Made by a program: the position numbers and the translations under genes. The notes under the pieces are model-generated. The model searched no databases. It saw nothing but the letters and a program-made list of their open reading frames with translations, and was not told the origin of the DNA. From Nitrospiraceae bacterium (GTDB taxonomy: Bacteria; Nitrospirota; Nitrospiria; Nitrospirales; Nitrospiraceae), in NCBI GenBank assembly GCA_050246315.1, contig JBFWWG010000012.1:54543-118542 (forward strand): a stretch of 64,000 bases of DNA. The letters are read 5' to 3'. Positions 40,070-50,350 of the stretch are shown one piece after another; within the stretch, counting starts at the first letter, position 1, and the number at the start of each line of letters is the position of its first letter.

Positions 40070-41770
40070 ATGCGCGTCTCCCGTGCCCTGATCCCCACAC
40101 TTCGTGAAGATCCCGGAGAAGCCGAAACGGTCAGTCATCGGCTGATGCTGCGGGCCGGACTAATTCGCAAGGTCGCCGCCGGCATCTACACCTATTTGCC
40201 GCTCGGGCTCCGCATCATCCGGAACATCGAAGCGATCGTCCGCGAGGAGATGAATCGCGCCGGTGCCCAGGAGATTCTGATGCCGATCGCTTCTCCGGCG
40301 GAATTATGGAAGGAGACCGGCCGATGGGATTTCTACGGCAAGGAACTGCTCCGGTTCAAAGACCGCCACGAACGCGATTTCTGCCTCGGCCCGACGCATG
40401 AAGAAGTGGTGACGGATCTCTTCCGTCGCGAGGTCCGCTCGTACCGGCAACTGCCGATGAATTTCTACCAAATCCAGACCAAGTTCCGGGATGAGATCCG
40501 CCCGCGATTCGGCCTCATGCGGGGGCGCGAGTTTATCATGAAGGACGCCTATTCCTTCGACCGCGATGAGGCCGGCGCCAAGCTCAGCTACCAGAAGATG
40601 TATGACGCCTACGCACGGATCTTCACCCGATGTGGCCTGACCTTCCGCGCGGTCGAGGCGGACACCGGGCTGATCGGCGGTACGTCCTCCCATGAGTTCA
40701 TGGTCCTCGCGGACACCGGCGAAGAAACGATCGTCTATACCGAAGGCGGCACTTATGCGGCCAATGTCGAGCGGGCCGAGCTACAAGCCGAGGCGACCGT
40801 GCCTTCTGATCCACTGCAGCCGCTTCAGTCGGTCCCAACGCCGCAAGCCTCTACGGTGGAACAGGTCACAACGCTGCTCAAGATTTCGCCCAAGCAATTG
40901 GTGAAGACGCTGCTGTATTCGGCCGGTCCGGAAACGGTGGCCGTCCTGGTCCGCGGCGATCACGAGGTCAATCCGATCAAGCTCGCACGCCTTCTGGGGG
41001 TCGTGGAAGTCACGATGGCGCCACCGGAGACCGTCACAGCCGTCACCGGCGCGCCGGTCGGCTTTGCCGGCCCGATCGAACTCCGCGATGTTCGTCTCTT
41101 CGCCGACCATGCGGTCAAGCAGGTCCGGAACATGGTGGTCGGCGCCAACAAGGCCGAGACCCATTACCTCAATGCGAATTGGGATCGTGATTTCACGGTC
41201 ACCCAGTTCGCCGATTTGCGCAATGCCCAAGCCGGCGACCCCTCCCCGCGCGGCGACGGTCCGCTACGGGTCGTCAAGGGCATCGAGGTGGGGCATGTCT
41301 TTATGCTGGGCACCAAGTATAGCCAGGCCATGAATGCGAAATACCTCGACGCACAGGGGCAGGAGCAACTCGCCGTCATGGGCTGTTACGGTATTGGGAT
41401 CGGACGGACGGCCGCTTCCGCCGTCGAACAGAACCATGACGCCAAGGGCATTATCTGGCCGCTGCCTATCGCTCCGTTCCATGTCCATCTCTTGCCGCTG
41501 AGCCCGTCCGACGCGGTCAGCAAGAAGGCCGAGGACCTGTACCACCGGCTCACTCAGGCCGGCGTCGAAGTCCTGTGGGATGACCGGGACGAACGGGCCG
41601 GCGTCAAGTTCAACGATGCCGATTTGATCGGAATCCCCTATCAGTTGCTGATCGGCGAGAAGAACCTGGCGCAAGGTCTCGTCGAATGGAAGGAACGCAA
41701 GACCGGTCAAGTGCAGAAGCTGACGCCGGACCAGGTTTTGGCCCTCGCCTCCACCCTTCGAGCCCGCTGA
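40070..41770 (+). CDS. proS: Proline--tRNA ligase
   Basis: LGPTHEE, KFRDEIRPRFGLMRGREF, GIEVGHVF, MGCYGIG. Confidence 0.97.
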   Translation: MRVSRALIPTLREDPGEAETVSHRLMLRAGLIRKVAAGIYTYLPLGLRIIRNIEAIVREEMNRAGAQEILMPIASPAELWKETGRWDFYGKELLRFKDRHERDFCLGPTHEEVVTDLFRREVRSYRQLPMNFYQIQTKFRDEIRPRFGLMRGREFIMKDAYSFDRDEAGAKLSYQKMYDAYARIFTRCGLTFRAVEADTGLIGGTSSHEFMVLADTGEETIVYTEGGTYAANVERAELQAEATVPSDPLQPLQSVPTPQASTVEQVTTLLKISPKQLVKTLLYSAGPETVAVLVRGDHEVNPIKLARLLGVVEVTMAPPETVTAVTGAPVGFAGPIELRDVRLFADHAVKQVRNMVVGANKAETHYLNANWDRDFTVTQFADLRNAQAGDPSPRGDGPLRVVKGIEVGHVFMLGTKYSQAMNAKYLDAQGQEQLAVMGCYGIGIGRTAASAVEQNHDAKGIIWPLPIAPFHVHLLPLSPSDAVSKKAEDLYHRLTQAGVEVLWDDRDERAGVKFNDADLIGIPYQLLIGEKNLAQGLVEWKERKTGQVQKLTPDQVLALASTLRAR

Positions 41771-41952
41771 GATCTGCACGCGTTCGCGACCATCGTCCCG
41801 AGATTGCATTCTACTTGCCTTCGGACCCGATTCCGCTAGACTGACCTTGAGACGTACATCAGCCCGCACCCGGCGGACTTGTCCGTCGCACACGCGACAC
41901 GCCAGGGCTCGACCATCGCCGCATCAAGTACGACGGCACCCAACGGTCACGC

Positions 41953-44277
41953 ATGACGATCCCGTCCAAGGCCACTCCCGGCGCGCCAGGCGACCTTCAA
42001 AAATCCGGCCACCTGGATCTGGTCAAGCGCATCGCCGCCAAGATTTCGGCCGCTCCAGACCTCGATGAAATCCTGCTCGACCTTCACAAAGAAATCCTCA
42101 CCCTGTTCGAAGCGGAAGATCTCACCCTCTACGCCATCGATTCGGACAAGAAGGAGATCTATTCCAAGACGCCGAATCTCCAGGCCGAAGAGATCCTCCG
42201 GCTGCCCATCAACGAGCAGAGCCTCCCCGGCTTCACCGCAAAATATCTGCGCCCTGTCAACATTGTGGATGCCTATAATCCCATCGAATTGAGCAGCATC
42301 CATGCCTCTCTGTCCTTCGACCCGACGATGGACAAGAACACCGGGTTTCGGACCAAGCAGGTGCTGACCTACCCCATTGTCGCCGAGAACAAGTACCTGA
42401 TGGGCGTCATCCAACTGCTGAACAAGCGGGGCGGTTCGAAGTTCACGAGAAAGGACGAGGAGTACGCGGGAGAGATCGCCAAAGCGCTGGGCGCCTCACT
42501 GCACGGTCATCGGAACCGCTCCAAGAAGCCTCCCGCCAAATTCGATTACCTGCTGACCACGAGTCGCATTTCTCAGAACGACCTCGACAACGCGCTCGCC
42601 GAAGCAAAGAAAGGCCATCAAGATCTCGAGTCGATTCTGATCGAGAAATACAAGGTGCCGCGCGCCGATCTGGGAAAGTCGCTCAGCCAGTACTACAAAT
42701 GTCCCTACATCGAATACAGTGAACGCACGATCGTCGACGTCGAGCTATTGAAGAATCTCAACGTGGATTACCTCAAGAATCATCATTGGATGCCCTTGAA
42801 GCGCGATCGGCTATCCATCGAAATCCTGACGGACGATCCCAGCGACCTCGACCGCGTGCAGGACATCAAGCGCACCTTTCCCGGCTTGAACATCCGATTC
42901 GCGGTCAGCCTCCGACGTGACATCGCCCAATTTCTGTCGAGTACGACCGGCCAGAGCGAAACGGCCAAACCCGCGTTCGCCGAGGGGAATATTTCCGACA
43001 TTCTGGGCGAACTGGTCAGCGAGGCCCAGGAAGAGGCCGCACAGGAGGGTAGCGGCGGCGGGCTGGACGAGAACGACAGTGCGATCGTGCGCTTGGCCAA
43101 TCAGATCATCTTTGAAGCGTACAAGGCCGGCACGTCGGATATTCACATTGAGCCGTACGGTGAAAAGCGGGATACCGTCGTCCGATTCCGCGTGGACGGC
43201 AGTTGTTTCGAGTATATGAAGATTCCCCCGAGCTACCGTCGCGCCATCGTGTCGCGCCTGAAGATCATGGCCAACCTGGACATCGCCGAGCGCCGTAAGC
43301 CGCAGGACGGCAAGATCAAGTTCAAGATGGGGGCCGACAAGGAAATCGAACTGCGCGTCGCCACCATTCCGACGGCCGGGTACAACGAAGACGTGGTCAT
43401 GCGCATCCTGGCTGCGAGCGAACCGTTGCCCCTGGAAAAGATGGGGTTCTCGGAACGGAATCTACGCGAATTGAAGGAGATCGCCGAGAAGCCGTACGGC
43501 ATCGTCCTCTGCGTCGGTCCGACCGGCTCCGGAAAAACGACCACGCTGCATTCGGTGCTCGGCTACATCAACACACCGGACATCAAGATCTGGACAGCGG
43601 AAGACCCGGTCGAAATCACCCAGATCGGATTACGCCAGGTTCAGGTTCAGCCGAAAATCGGCTTTACCTTCGCCGCCGCCATGCGAGCCTTTCTGCGGGC
43701 TGATCCCGACGTCATCATGGTAGGCGAAATGCGCGACAAGGAAACGGCGGACATCGGCATCGAGGCCTCGCTGACCGGACACCTCGTCCTCAGCACCCTG
43801 CACACCAACAGCTCCGTCGAAACGGTCACGCGGCTGCTCGACATGGGCTGCGACTCGTTCAGTTTCGCCGACGCGATGCTGGGCGTACTGGCTCAACGAC
43901 TGACGAGACGCATCTGTAAAGAGTGCAAAGAGAGCTACCACCCTGATGAAGCCGAATTTCTCGAACTGCGTGACTGTTACGGTCCGGGGTTATTCGACAA
44001 GAATGTGGGCGTCAAATATGACCCGAGCTTCAAACTCTGGCGTGGCAAGGGATGCGACACCTGCAATCGCAGCGGCTTCAAGGGTCGGATCGCCCTGCAT
44101 GAACTCCTACTGGGAACCGACCAGATGAAGCGGTTGGTCCAGGCCAAAGCCAAGACGGAGGATCTGCTCAAGGCCGCTATTGAAGACGGCATGACCACCC
44201 TGGTGCAAGACGGCATTGAGAAGGTCCTGCAAGGCCAGACCACCTTCAAGGAAGTGAAAGCGGTAGCCATCAAGTAG
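41953..44277 (+). CDS. GspE/PilB-family ATPase with an N-terminal GAF domain
   Basis: GAF-like N-terminus (GVIQLLNK), SDIHIEP, GPTGSGKTTT, RADPDVIMVGEMRD, CxxC pairs. Confidence 0.92.
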   Translation: MTIPSKATPGAPGDLQKSGHLDLVKRIAAKISAAPDLDEILLDLHKEILTLFEAEDLTLYAIDSDKKEIYSKTPNLQAEEILRLPINEQSLPGFTAKYLRPVNIVDAYNPIELSSIHASLSFDPTMDKNTGFRTKQVLTYPIVAENKYLMGVIQLLNKRGGSKFTRKDEEYAGEIAKALGASLHGHRNRSKKPPAKFDYLLTTSRISQNDLDNALAEAKKGHQDLESILIEKYKVPRADLGKSLSQYYKCPYIEYSERTIVDVELLKNLNVDYLKNHHWMPLKRDRLSIEILTDDPSDLDRVQDIKRTFPGLNIRFAVSLRRDIAQFLSSTTGQSETAKPAFAEGNISDILGELVSEAQEEAAQEGSGGGLDENDSAIVRLANQIIFEAYKAGTSDIHIEPYGEKRDTVVRFRVDGSCFEYMKIPPSYRRAIVSRLKIMANLDIAERRKPQDGKIKFKMGADKEIELRVATIPTAGYNEDVVMRILAASEPLPLEKMGFSERNLRELKEIAEKPYGIVLCVGPTGSGKTTTLHSVLGYINTPDIKIWTAEDPVEITQIGLRQVQVQPKIGFTFAAAMRAFLRADPDVIMVGEMRDKETADIGIEASLTGHLVLSTLHTNSSVETVTRLLDMGCDSFSFADAMLGVLAQRLTRRICKECKESYHPDEAEFLELRDCYGPGLFDKNVGVKYDPSFKLWRGKGCDTCNRSGFKGRIALHELLLGTDQMKRLVQAKAKTEDLLKAAIEDGMTTLVQDGIEKVLQGQTTFKEVKAVAIK

Positions 44278-44485
44278 AATGGTCGGCCCCTCGGTTTCGC
44301 CGTCGATTCCATAGAGCCAGCACCGATCCAAGCTGCCCGTGCGCCAGCAATCCCCCGTTTTACAGACTCCCGCTTCATCGTGCCTCGCGGGCCGGATCCA
44401 GACCATTTGAGGAACAGCCCGGAGGATGGGGATTCCGTGTCCCATCGAGGATCGGTATAATGCACGACATTCACGCGGAGAATTC

Positions 44486-45037
44486 ATGGCATCGGCCTTC
44501 GCACATGCCGCAGCGGCCTCGGCCTTGAGCGCTGCGGCGGGGATTCCGTTACAAGCCAGGCGAGCTTGGCTGCTGGGGATTGGCTGTTCGATCCTGCCGG
44601 ATCTTGATTCCGTTGGATACCTATTTGGAATTCCTTATGAGCATGTATTGGGCCATCGCGGCCTGACCCATTCGCTCCCGTTCGCGGCGGCGCTGGCGTG
44701 GGGAGTCGGACGAGGCCTGTTCCCCGAGATGGACGGCTCCTTCCGACACCGACTCTACCTCTACTTTTTTCTTTGTACCGCCTCGCACGGCCTCTTGGAC
44801 GCCATGACCGACGGCGGGCTGGGTGTGGCCTTCCTGGCGCCGTTTTCCAATGACCGCTATTTTGCTCCATTTCGCCCGATCATTGTGTCCCCCCTGGAAC
44901 CCTACAAATTCTTTTCCCGCCGGGGACTTGGTATCCTGCGCAGTGAGTTCATCTGGGTCTGGCTTCCCTCGATCGGTCTTGCCATATTTGCATGGATGTG
45001 GCGCTCGGCCACCACGCGTGAACATTCATCGTCATAA
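44486..45037 (+). CDS. Membrane metal-dependent hydrolase (YbcI/YdjM-like)
   Basis: LPDLD, HRGLTHS, SHGLLDAMTDGG. Confidence 0.88.
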   Translation: MASAFAHAAAASALSAAAGIPLQARRAWLLGIGCSILPDLDSVGYLFGIPYEHVLGHRGLTHSLPFAAALAWGVGRGLFPEMDGSFRHRLYLYFFLCTASHGLLDAMTDGGLGVAFLAPFSNDRYFAPFRPIIVSPLEPYKFFSRRGLGILRSEFIWVWLPSIGLAIFAWMWRSATTREHSSS

Positions 45038-45191
45038 AGCGATCGGTTCACGCCCGGAGAGCGCAGAGGAGGTGGACGCGCCAGGCGAAGCTGTCGTCAG
45101 CAGCAATGCAACATCGAACCGGAGAGGACGGGCCTGAGTTCAGTCCATGATGGGATTCCGCTCAACAACGGAAGACCGGGTTTCCAGACCG

Positions 45192-45650
45192 TCAGTCGAT
45201 AATCTCGACCTTTTTCCCCAGAGCCTTGGCGCGCTTGAGACAATCCGCATCGGTCGCGGTGCACCGCAGCACATCCAATTCCGCCTCATCCACGATCTCC
45301 ACCTTTTTCCCCTCCTGCTTAGCCGTCTTTAAGCAAGCGGTGTCCGTGACCACGCACTTCACGGAATCGGCGGGCTGGGCGGATTCCACCATGACGACCT
45401 TTTTCCCCTGCTCCTGAGCACGCGTCAGGCATTCTCGGTCCGTGGCGACACACTTGACCGTTTCCTCCGTCTTATTGATCGCCTTGTCAATTGTTTGATC
45501 CACCTGCTGATTCATCCGATTTTCCGCCTTCTGCTTGGCGCTGTTGGCGGAGCGATCAAACAGCCCTTCCAGGAAGCTTTCCGCATACCCCTCCGCACTC
45601 CCCATCGTCCATAGCAGCACAGCGACACATCCGAGCGTTCGGTACCACAT
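45192..45650 (-). CDS. Exported protein with three Cys-pair repeats
   Basis: SD AAGGAGG and a signal peptide; VKCVATDRECLTRAQEQGKKVVMV, VKCVVTDTACLKTAKQEGKKVEIV, LRCTATDADCLKRAKALGKKVEII. Confidence 0.8.
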   Translation of the reverse strand: MWYRTLGCVAVLLWTMGSAEGYAESFLEGLFDRSANSAKQKAENRMNQQVDQTIDKAINKTEETVKCVATDRECLTRAQEQGKKVVMVESAQPADSVKCVVTDTACLKTAKQEGKKVEIVDEAELDVLRCTATDADCLKRAKALGKKVEIID

Positions 45651-45883
45651 CGTGTTCCTCCTTTCGATCCGGCCGCCTCCGATCCACCGCGTTGTCCCAT
45701 GGCCCTCTCCCATAGCTCTGAACTGACCACCCAGGGGTTTTCCTCCGACAGGACCAGTGACTCGCATCCGCAATCTCGTGCAGGGTTCTCGGCGTTGTTT
45801 CACTTGTCTTTCCCGACAATTCCGTGCAAACTCCCGCCCTTGCGCCTCCGCGGATACGGCTTCCCACAGGGGCGGACAGACCA

Positions 45884-46264
45884 ATGCCACGCTCCGTGAC
45901 GCTGCTCCTGATGGCGACCCTGCTTTCGCTGTTGATGGCCGATTCCGCCAAGGCAGACGGAGACCAAGAAGAACTGCTTCGTCACCTCGACGCCATGTGG
46001 TTGAACCGCAATCCGGTTCCTCACGAACACTGCCTCTCGTTTATCGTCAAAGCCTGGGCTGATCACTTGCTCCGCGGCCGCATTTCTCCTCACGATTGCG
46101 TCGCCTTCGCAATTCGCGAGTATCGGAAGGGGGATCACGAACAGGCGCTGGGATGGCTCCAAGCCGGCCTCTGCCCGGATCGGGATGCCCAACAGGAGCT
46201 TGTCCGCCGGGCGCCGGCTGTGTTTCAGTTTCTCCTCTCTACCTATGGGCCTCAGGTTCCCTAA
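45884..46264 (+). CDS. Exported hypothetical protein
   Basis: Signal-peptide-like start (MPRSVTLLLMATLLSLL...AKA) and a helical body. Confidence 0.55.
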   Translation: MPRSVTLLLMATLLSLLMADSAKADGDQEELLRHLDAMWLNRNPVPHEHCLSFIVKAWADHLLRGRISPHDCVAFAIREYRKGDHEQALGWLQAGLCPDRDAQQELVRRAPAVFQFLLSTYGPQVP

Positions 46265-46549
46265 CCTACACATTATTAGTCATGAACGTCTCCACTGCAA
46301 CCGCCCGCCTGCCGACAGGCAGGCTGATTCGCCGCAGGGACCTGTTGATCCTGGCTTCCAACGGGTCCCTGGCCAACCTATGCGCTCGAAGCACAGCGCC
46401 TCTCCACCGCGAGATGATCCTCGCCCGTTGCATGGGAAAGGCCAACGGGTGCAACGTCACGAACCGTCAGGAATCAGGGGCTACCACGCTCGGGTGAGGC
46501 CGGCTGGCGTACCGCAGGGATTCGGCTCCTCGATGGGCGTGAGAGGCTC

Positions 46550-46936
46550 TTACTTGGCAGGCTGCGCGTTCAGGGCGAGATATTTCCTGAGCCGCAGTTC
46601 CGTGGCGCGTGAGACCGACTGAAACTCCACCCCGAACGTCTGGCCGTTCGCCCACCGCACCGTCGCCATGTCCACCGTGGCTGGCGAGGCCTGCTTCGGA
46701 AGGTTGAGTCGCAGCGCCATCCGGTCTCCCAGCTTGATCGGAGTTTCTGACATGACCTTCGCCCCTCCAATCGACACATCGAACACCACCCCCAGGCCAT
46801 TGCGATCCTGTGAGAACCACCGTGCTAACCCTCGGCGTGAAAGGGCGCAAGCAAACGGCGCCGGCACGCGAACGCGGCGATGGCGACGAGCATCCACGAC
46901 GGTCCCTTCGATCTCCAGTTCAAAAGCAGGCTCCAT
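46550..46936 (-). CDS. PilZ-domain protein
   Basis: RxxxR (RRHRR) and DxSxGG (DVSIGG) c-di-GMP motifs; FGVEF; SD AGGAGG. Confidence 0.88.
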   Translation of the reverse strand: MEPAFELEIEGTVVDARRHRRVRVPAPFACALSRRGLARWFSQDRNGLGVVFDVSIGGAKVMSETPIKLGDRMALRLNLPKQASPATVDMATVRWANGQTFGVEFQSVSRATELRLRKYLALNAQPAK

Positions 46937-47221
46937 GCATCCCCTCCTGGTTGAACAAACTCTATCCCAGAAGGCAGGGTTCGTGAATCAATTTTCAAGA
47001 TTCGCCACGCTTCGGTCCGGCACGTGTCGCGGCATCCTCCAACGGATTCGGAGTCGGTGCGCCGATGCGCTCATCCCAACGACCGAAGTAGCGCCCGCAT
47101 GTCTGAGCACCAAATCGCCGTCTCCGTTGGATCGGCTGGAGCGGCCCGCATCGATGCCCGCTCGCAAGACCCGCTGGTCCTCCTCCTTCCATCTCCGGCG
47201 CGATCAGGGCCTGACTCAAGA

Positions 47222-47438
47222 CTAGCCCGCATTATTCATGAACGCTTCTACTGCAATTGCGGATTCGCCGCTGCGACAGGCCTGCGTGCGGAGTTTCGGC
47301 ACGCAAACGGGCGGGCTCGCCGCTCGCCCCCTCAACATACTGTTTTAAGTATGCTTCGGCGTCTCGCGCCTCCACGCGCCCGTCTCGCCACGCGACTCCG
47401 CTCTTTCGTCACGAACCGTCATGAATAATGCCGGCTAG
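47222..47438. mobile_element. MITE-like element, family 2 (opposite orientation to the other two copies)
   Basis: CTAGCCCGCATTATTCATGA ... TCATGAATAATGCCGGCTAG, a 19/20 inverted match. Confidence 0.85.
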
Positions 47439-47956
47439 GGCCCTGTCCGACATTGCCGTTTGTGACAAAACCGACAAGGGGCCAGGCGTTTGGCCTATTC
47501 TTCCGACATGCATCCAACTTCATGGTCGCACCTTCACGTATCCCGACATCGTCCGTAGGTCACCCCGCGTCACGAGTCAGTTCGGAGAAGGGTTGTATCA
47601 CCGTCATCAAGGAACGACGAACCAGGCATCCACCCTACGGCTGATTCCTCTGATGATCACCGTTTGACTCCGTCTTCCCCACATGATAGCGTTGCCCCCT
47701 GGATAAGCCCCGATGAGTGCCCTACGTCACGCGCCTCCCGTCGGCGACTCGACGTGCCCACGCGACAAATCGTCTCGTGCTTGCTCTCTACGGCCTAGCT
47801 GATCCCAAGATATGGCTTCCAACATAGATGATTCGACGATCTCTGGGTGCCCGTGTGCAGGCACACCTATGGATGAGAGCCATTCCTGATGAGATTAGCG
47901 AGTCCGGCACCACACCTGTGTACCTTGAGCACCTTCGGCGCAGGAACGCTCCTCGT

Positions 47957-48247
47957 ATGGGATTGATGAACGCGGAGCCGATCGCCACATTCTCGGATGG
48001 CTCTGAATTACTGATCAGCACGGAGTCCGGACGAGACGGTCGATTCGCCTGCGCATTGTATCGGTCCAAACCATCTGAGGCGGGAGTCCGCGGCATGCAG
48101 ATGGTGTCCAGCTATCACGAGGGCGCTACCTGCTTGGAAGCCCAGCACCATGCGTACGGACAGGCCCAGCGGCTGTACCCTCGTCTGGCTGACACGATGC
48201 GAAGGCCTCCCTACTTGATCTGGAAAGGTCCTTATCTTGTTTCGTAA
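47957..48247 (+). CDS. Hypothetical protein
   Basis: ~96-aa ORF with protein-like composition; start uncertain. Confidence 0.55.
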   Translation: MGLMNAEPIATFSDGSELLISTESGRDGRFACALYRSKPSEAGVRGMQMVSSYHEGATCLEAQHHAYGQAQRLYPRLADTMRRPPYLIWKGPYLVS

Positions 48248-48699
48248 CCGTCGATTGAGACCAAGCGGACCACAGGTTTGACAATCCGCATACCAGAGCG
48301 GGGGGCGAGATATGCCACTGCAGTCGTGGCGGAGAAGTCCAGCACACAATGCCAGAATCCATCGGCCGGTCGTCAAGATCAGATGCCCTCAGGTCGGGCT
48401 TCCTGTTCCTCCTGACCGCCGGCCTCCCTCAGTCGAGGAAATTCGACAACAAGGTCTGGCGCGCTCGACCTGTGGACTTGCTCCACGGCAGCTTGGGAAC
48501 CGGTACCGCAATCGCCCACAACGCGACCACGACTCGCCAGCCTGGAACCAGCAACAGAGCGTCACAAACGCGCAGCCTGAGTTGGGGCTGGAACAGTGAC
48601 GAAGTCAGAAACGCAACCCTCATGGGAGGCTTCCACGTTTTCTTATCCATGCAGAATGCCGCGGTCCAAACCTCACGTTCATCACCAGAGAGGAGCATC

Positions 48700-49014
48700 A
48701 TGGGAACAAAGATTTATGTCGGCGGGCTACCGTACTCCACGACCGAAGCGCAATTGAACGACCTGTTCGCCACCCACGGCACGGTCCAATCGGCGCGCAT
48801 TATCACGGACAAGTTTACCGGCCAATCGCGAGGATTTGGGTTCGTAGAGATGGGCTCCGCCGAAGAAGCCAAGAAGGCCATCACAGCGCTCAACGGCACC
48901 CAATTCGAAGGCCGGACCCTGACCGTCAATGAAGCCAAGCCGCAGGAACCGCGATCAGGTGGGGGTGGTGGCGGGCGCGGCGGTGATCGCGGCGGACGCG
49001 GCGGGCGCTGGTAA
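48700..49014 (+). CDS. RRM RNA-binding protein with a Gly/Arg tail
   Basis: RNP2 IYVGGL, RNP1 RGFGFVEM, SD GAGGAG. Confidence 0.95.
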   Translation: MGTKIYVGGLPYSTTEAQLNDLFATHGTVQSARIITDKFTGQSRGFGFVEMGSAEEAKKAITALNGTQFEGRTLTVNEAKPQEPRSGGGGGGRGGDRGGRGGRW

Positions 49015-49128
49015 CGAGGCCTCCCCGGAATCCATGTCCGTCGAGGCACCGCGATTGGGCGGAGGCAGTCGACCGAGGAGTAGTAGGTTCATCCCTCGCG
49101 GGCCTCATAACGCGGGAAGGAGGGCATC

Positions 49129-49320
49129 ATCGCACGAGCTGGAAAAACGACCCTCGCGAAGCGAGATCGAGAAAAAGCTAGACAGGTCAAGCAGCGTGAG
49201 AAGGAGGCTCGGCGGGCGCAGCGAAAGGCCGAGAAGGCGACGCGGCCGCCGCCTGGTGAGAGCGGGGAAGATCCGGATCTCGCAGGCCTGACCTGGGGTC
49301 CGCAGGCGCCTCAATTCTGA
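49129..49320 (+). CDS. Small basic protein with an apparent ATC start codon
   Basis: AAGGAGG at 49117-49123, then ATC-GCA-CGA...: (M)ARAGKTTLAKRDREKARQVKQREKEARRAQRKAEKATRPPPGESGEDPDLAGLTWGPQAPQF*. In-frame TAA at 49108; no ATG/GTG/TTG in frame. Confidence 0.7.
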   Translation: MARAGKTTLAKRDREKARQVKQREKEARRAQRKAEKATRPPPGESGEDPDLAGLTWGPQAPQF

Positions 49321-49337
49321 TTCAGGCCGACCTGCTT

Positions 49338-49370
49338 CCGTCCGACGCCGATCGACTCGGCGTCGGACGG
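49338..49370. terminator. Perfect 14-bp hairpin between convergent genes
   Basis: CCGTCCGACGCCGA-TCGAC-TCGGCGTCGGACGG; no U-tract. Confidence 0.55.
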
Positions 49371-49377
49371 CGGGACA

Positions 49378-49716
49378 TTACGAAGAGGATTTGACGAACC
49401 GCTCCGCCGCAAAGGCGGCCCGTAGCTGCGTACTGATGTAGGATCGGTAGGGCACTTTTTCACGCAACATCAAGACCAACCCGTCCTGATCAGTGAGGAT
49501 CAGAAGATCCTCATCGATCGCGAGAAGGCGCTCTCCATCGCCGGTATTGATTCGATATTGCGTCCGCCCGTCTGGATTCCTGCCGGGTCCTATGCCGAGC
49601 TCGGTCAACCCATCGATGTATCCCTGCGGTCCTCCATCACGGTGTCGCACCATCGTTCCGTTGGGAATCCGCACCCAGGGCTTTTGCGTCGTCGTGTCCG
49701 TTCGGTTTGGCGCCAT
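49378..49716 (-). CDS. Hypothetical protein
   Basis: SD AAGGAGAG before MAPNRT; 112 aa. Confidence 0.7.
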   Translation of the reverse strand: MAPNRTDTTTQKPWVRIPNGTMVRHRDGGPQGYIDGLTELGIGPGRNPDGRTQYRINTGDGERLLAIDEDLLILTDQDGLVLMLREKVPYRSYISTQLRAAFAAERFVKSSS

Positions 49717-49953
49717 GGTGGGGCTCTCTCCTTCTTTCCTGCCGCGACAACCGTCGCAGGTTCTGTATGGTCGGGAACGACGACTGAGTATCAATCGCGC
49801 GGAACGCGCACGAGGGATTGGGCAGTCAGCGTTGTCCAGCAAGCACTCTTCTCAGCGACTTATAGTACTCGAAGCACGGTCGAAGGTCAAAGCCGAATCC
49901 AGATGTACGGGAAGCTACCGTTCCAACAGTCCCGCACGAACCTCATCCGTTGC

Positions 49954-50168
49954 CTAGCCCGCATGATTCATGACGGTTCGTCGCGAAATCGCGGAGATGC
50001 CATGCGAGACGGGCGCGCGGAGCCGCGAGAGCCCGAGGCCTACTTGCAACAGTATGTCGAGGGGGTGAGCGGCGAGCCTGCCCGATTGGCTGTCCTTCAG
50101 GCGCAGCCAACCTTGTCGCAGCGGCATATCGGCGGTTGCAGTAGAAGTCATCGTGAATGATTCGGGTT
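49954..50168. mobile_element. MITE-like element, family 2 (right end degenerate)
   Basis: Starts CTAGCCCGCATGATTCATGACGGTTCG; interior homologous to the 31454 and 47222 copies. Confidence 0.75.
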
Positions 50169-50350
50169 CGATCGTTGCTGCGCACGCGGGCCGGCCTAGC
50201 CGAGCCGTATTCACTCGTCGGACCGCCTCGGTGCGCTCGACGAGCTTAAATCCTACCTATTGTTTCGTAAGCTATATGATCGGTTGAAATGGCTCCGCCT
50301 CCTCCGGCATTCTGACGCCCCGATCACGCCCTATCCATTGGGAGGCGCCC

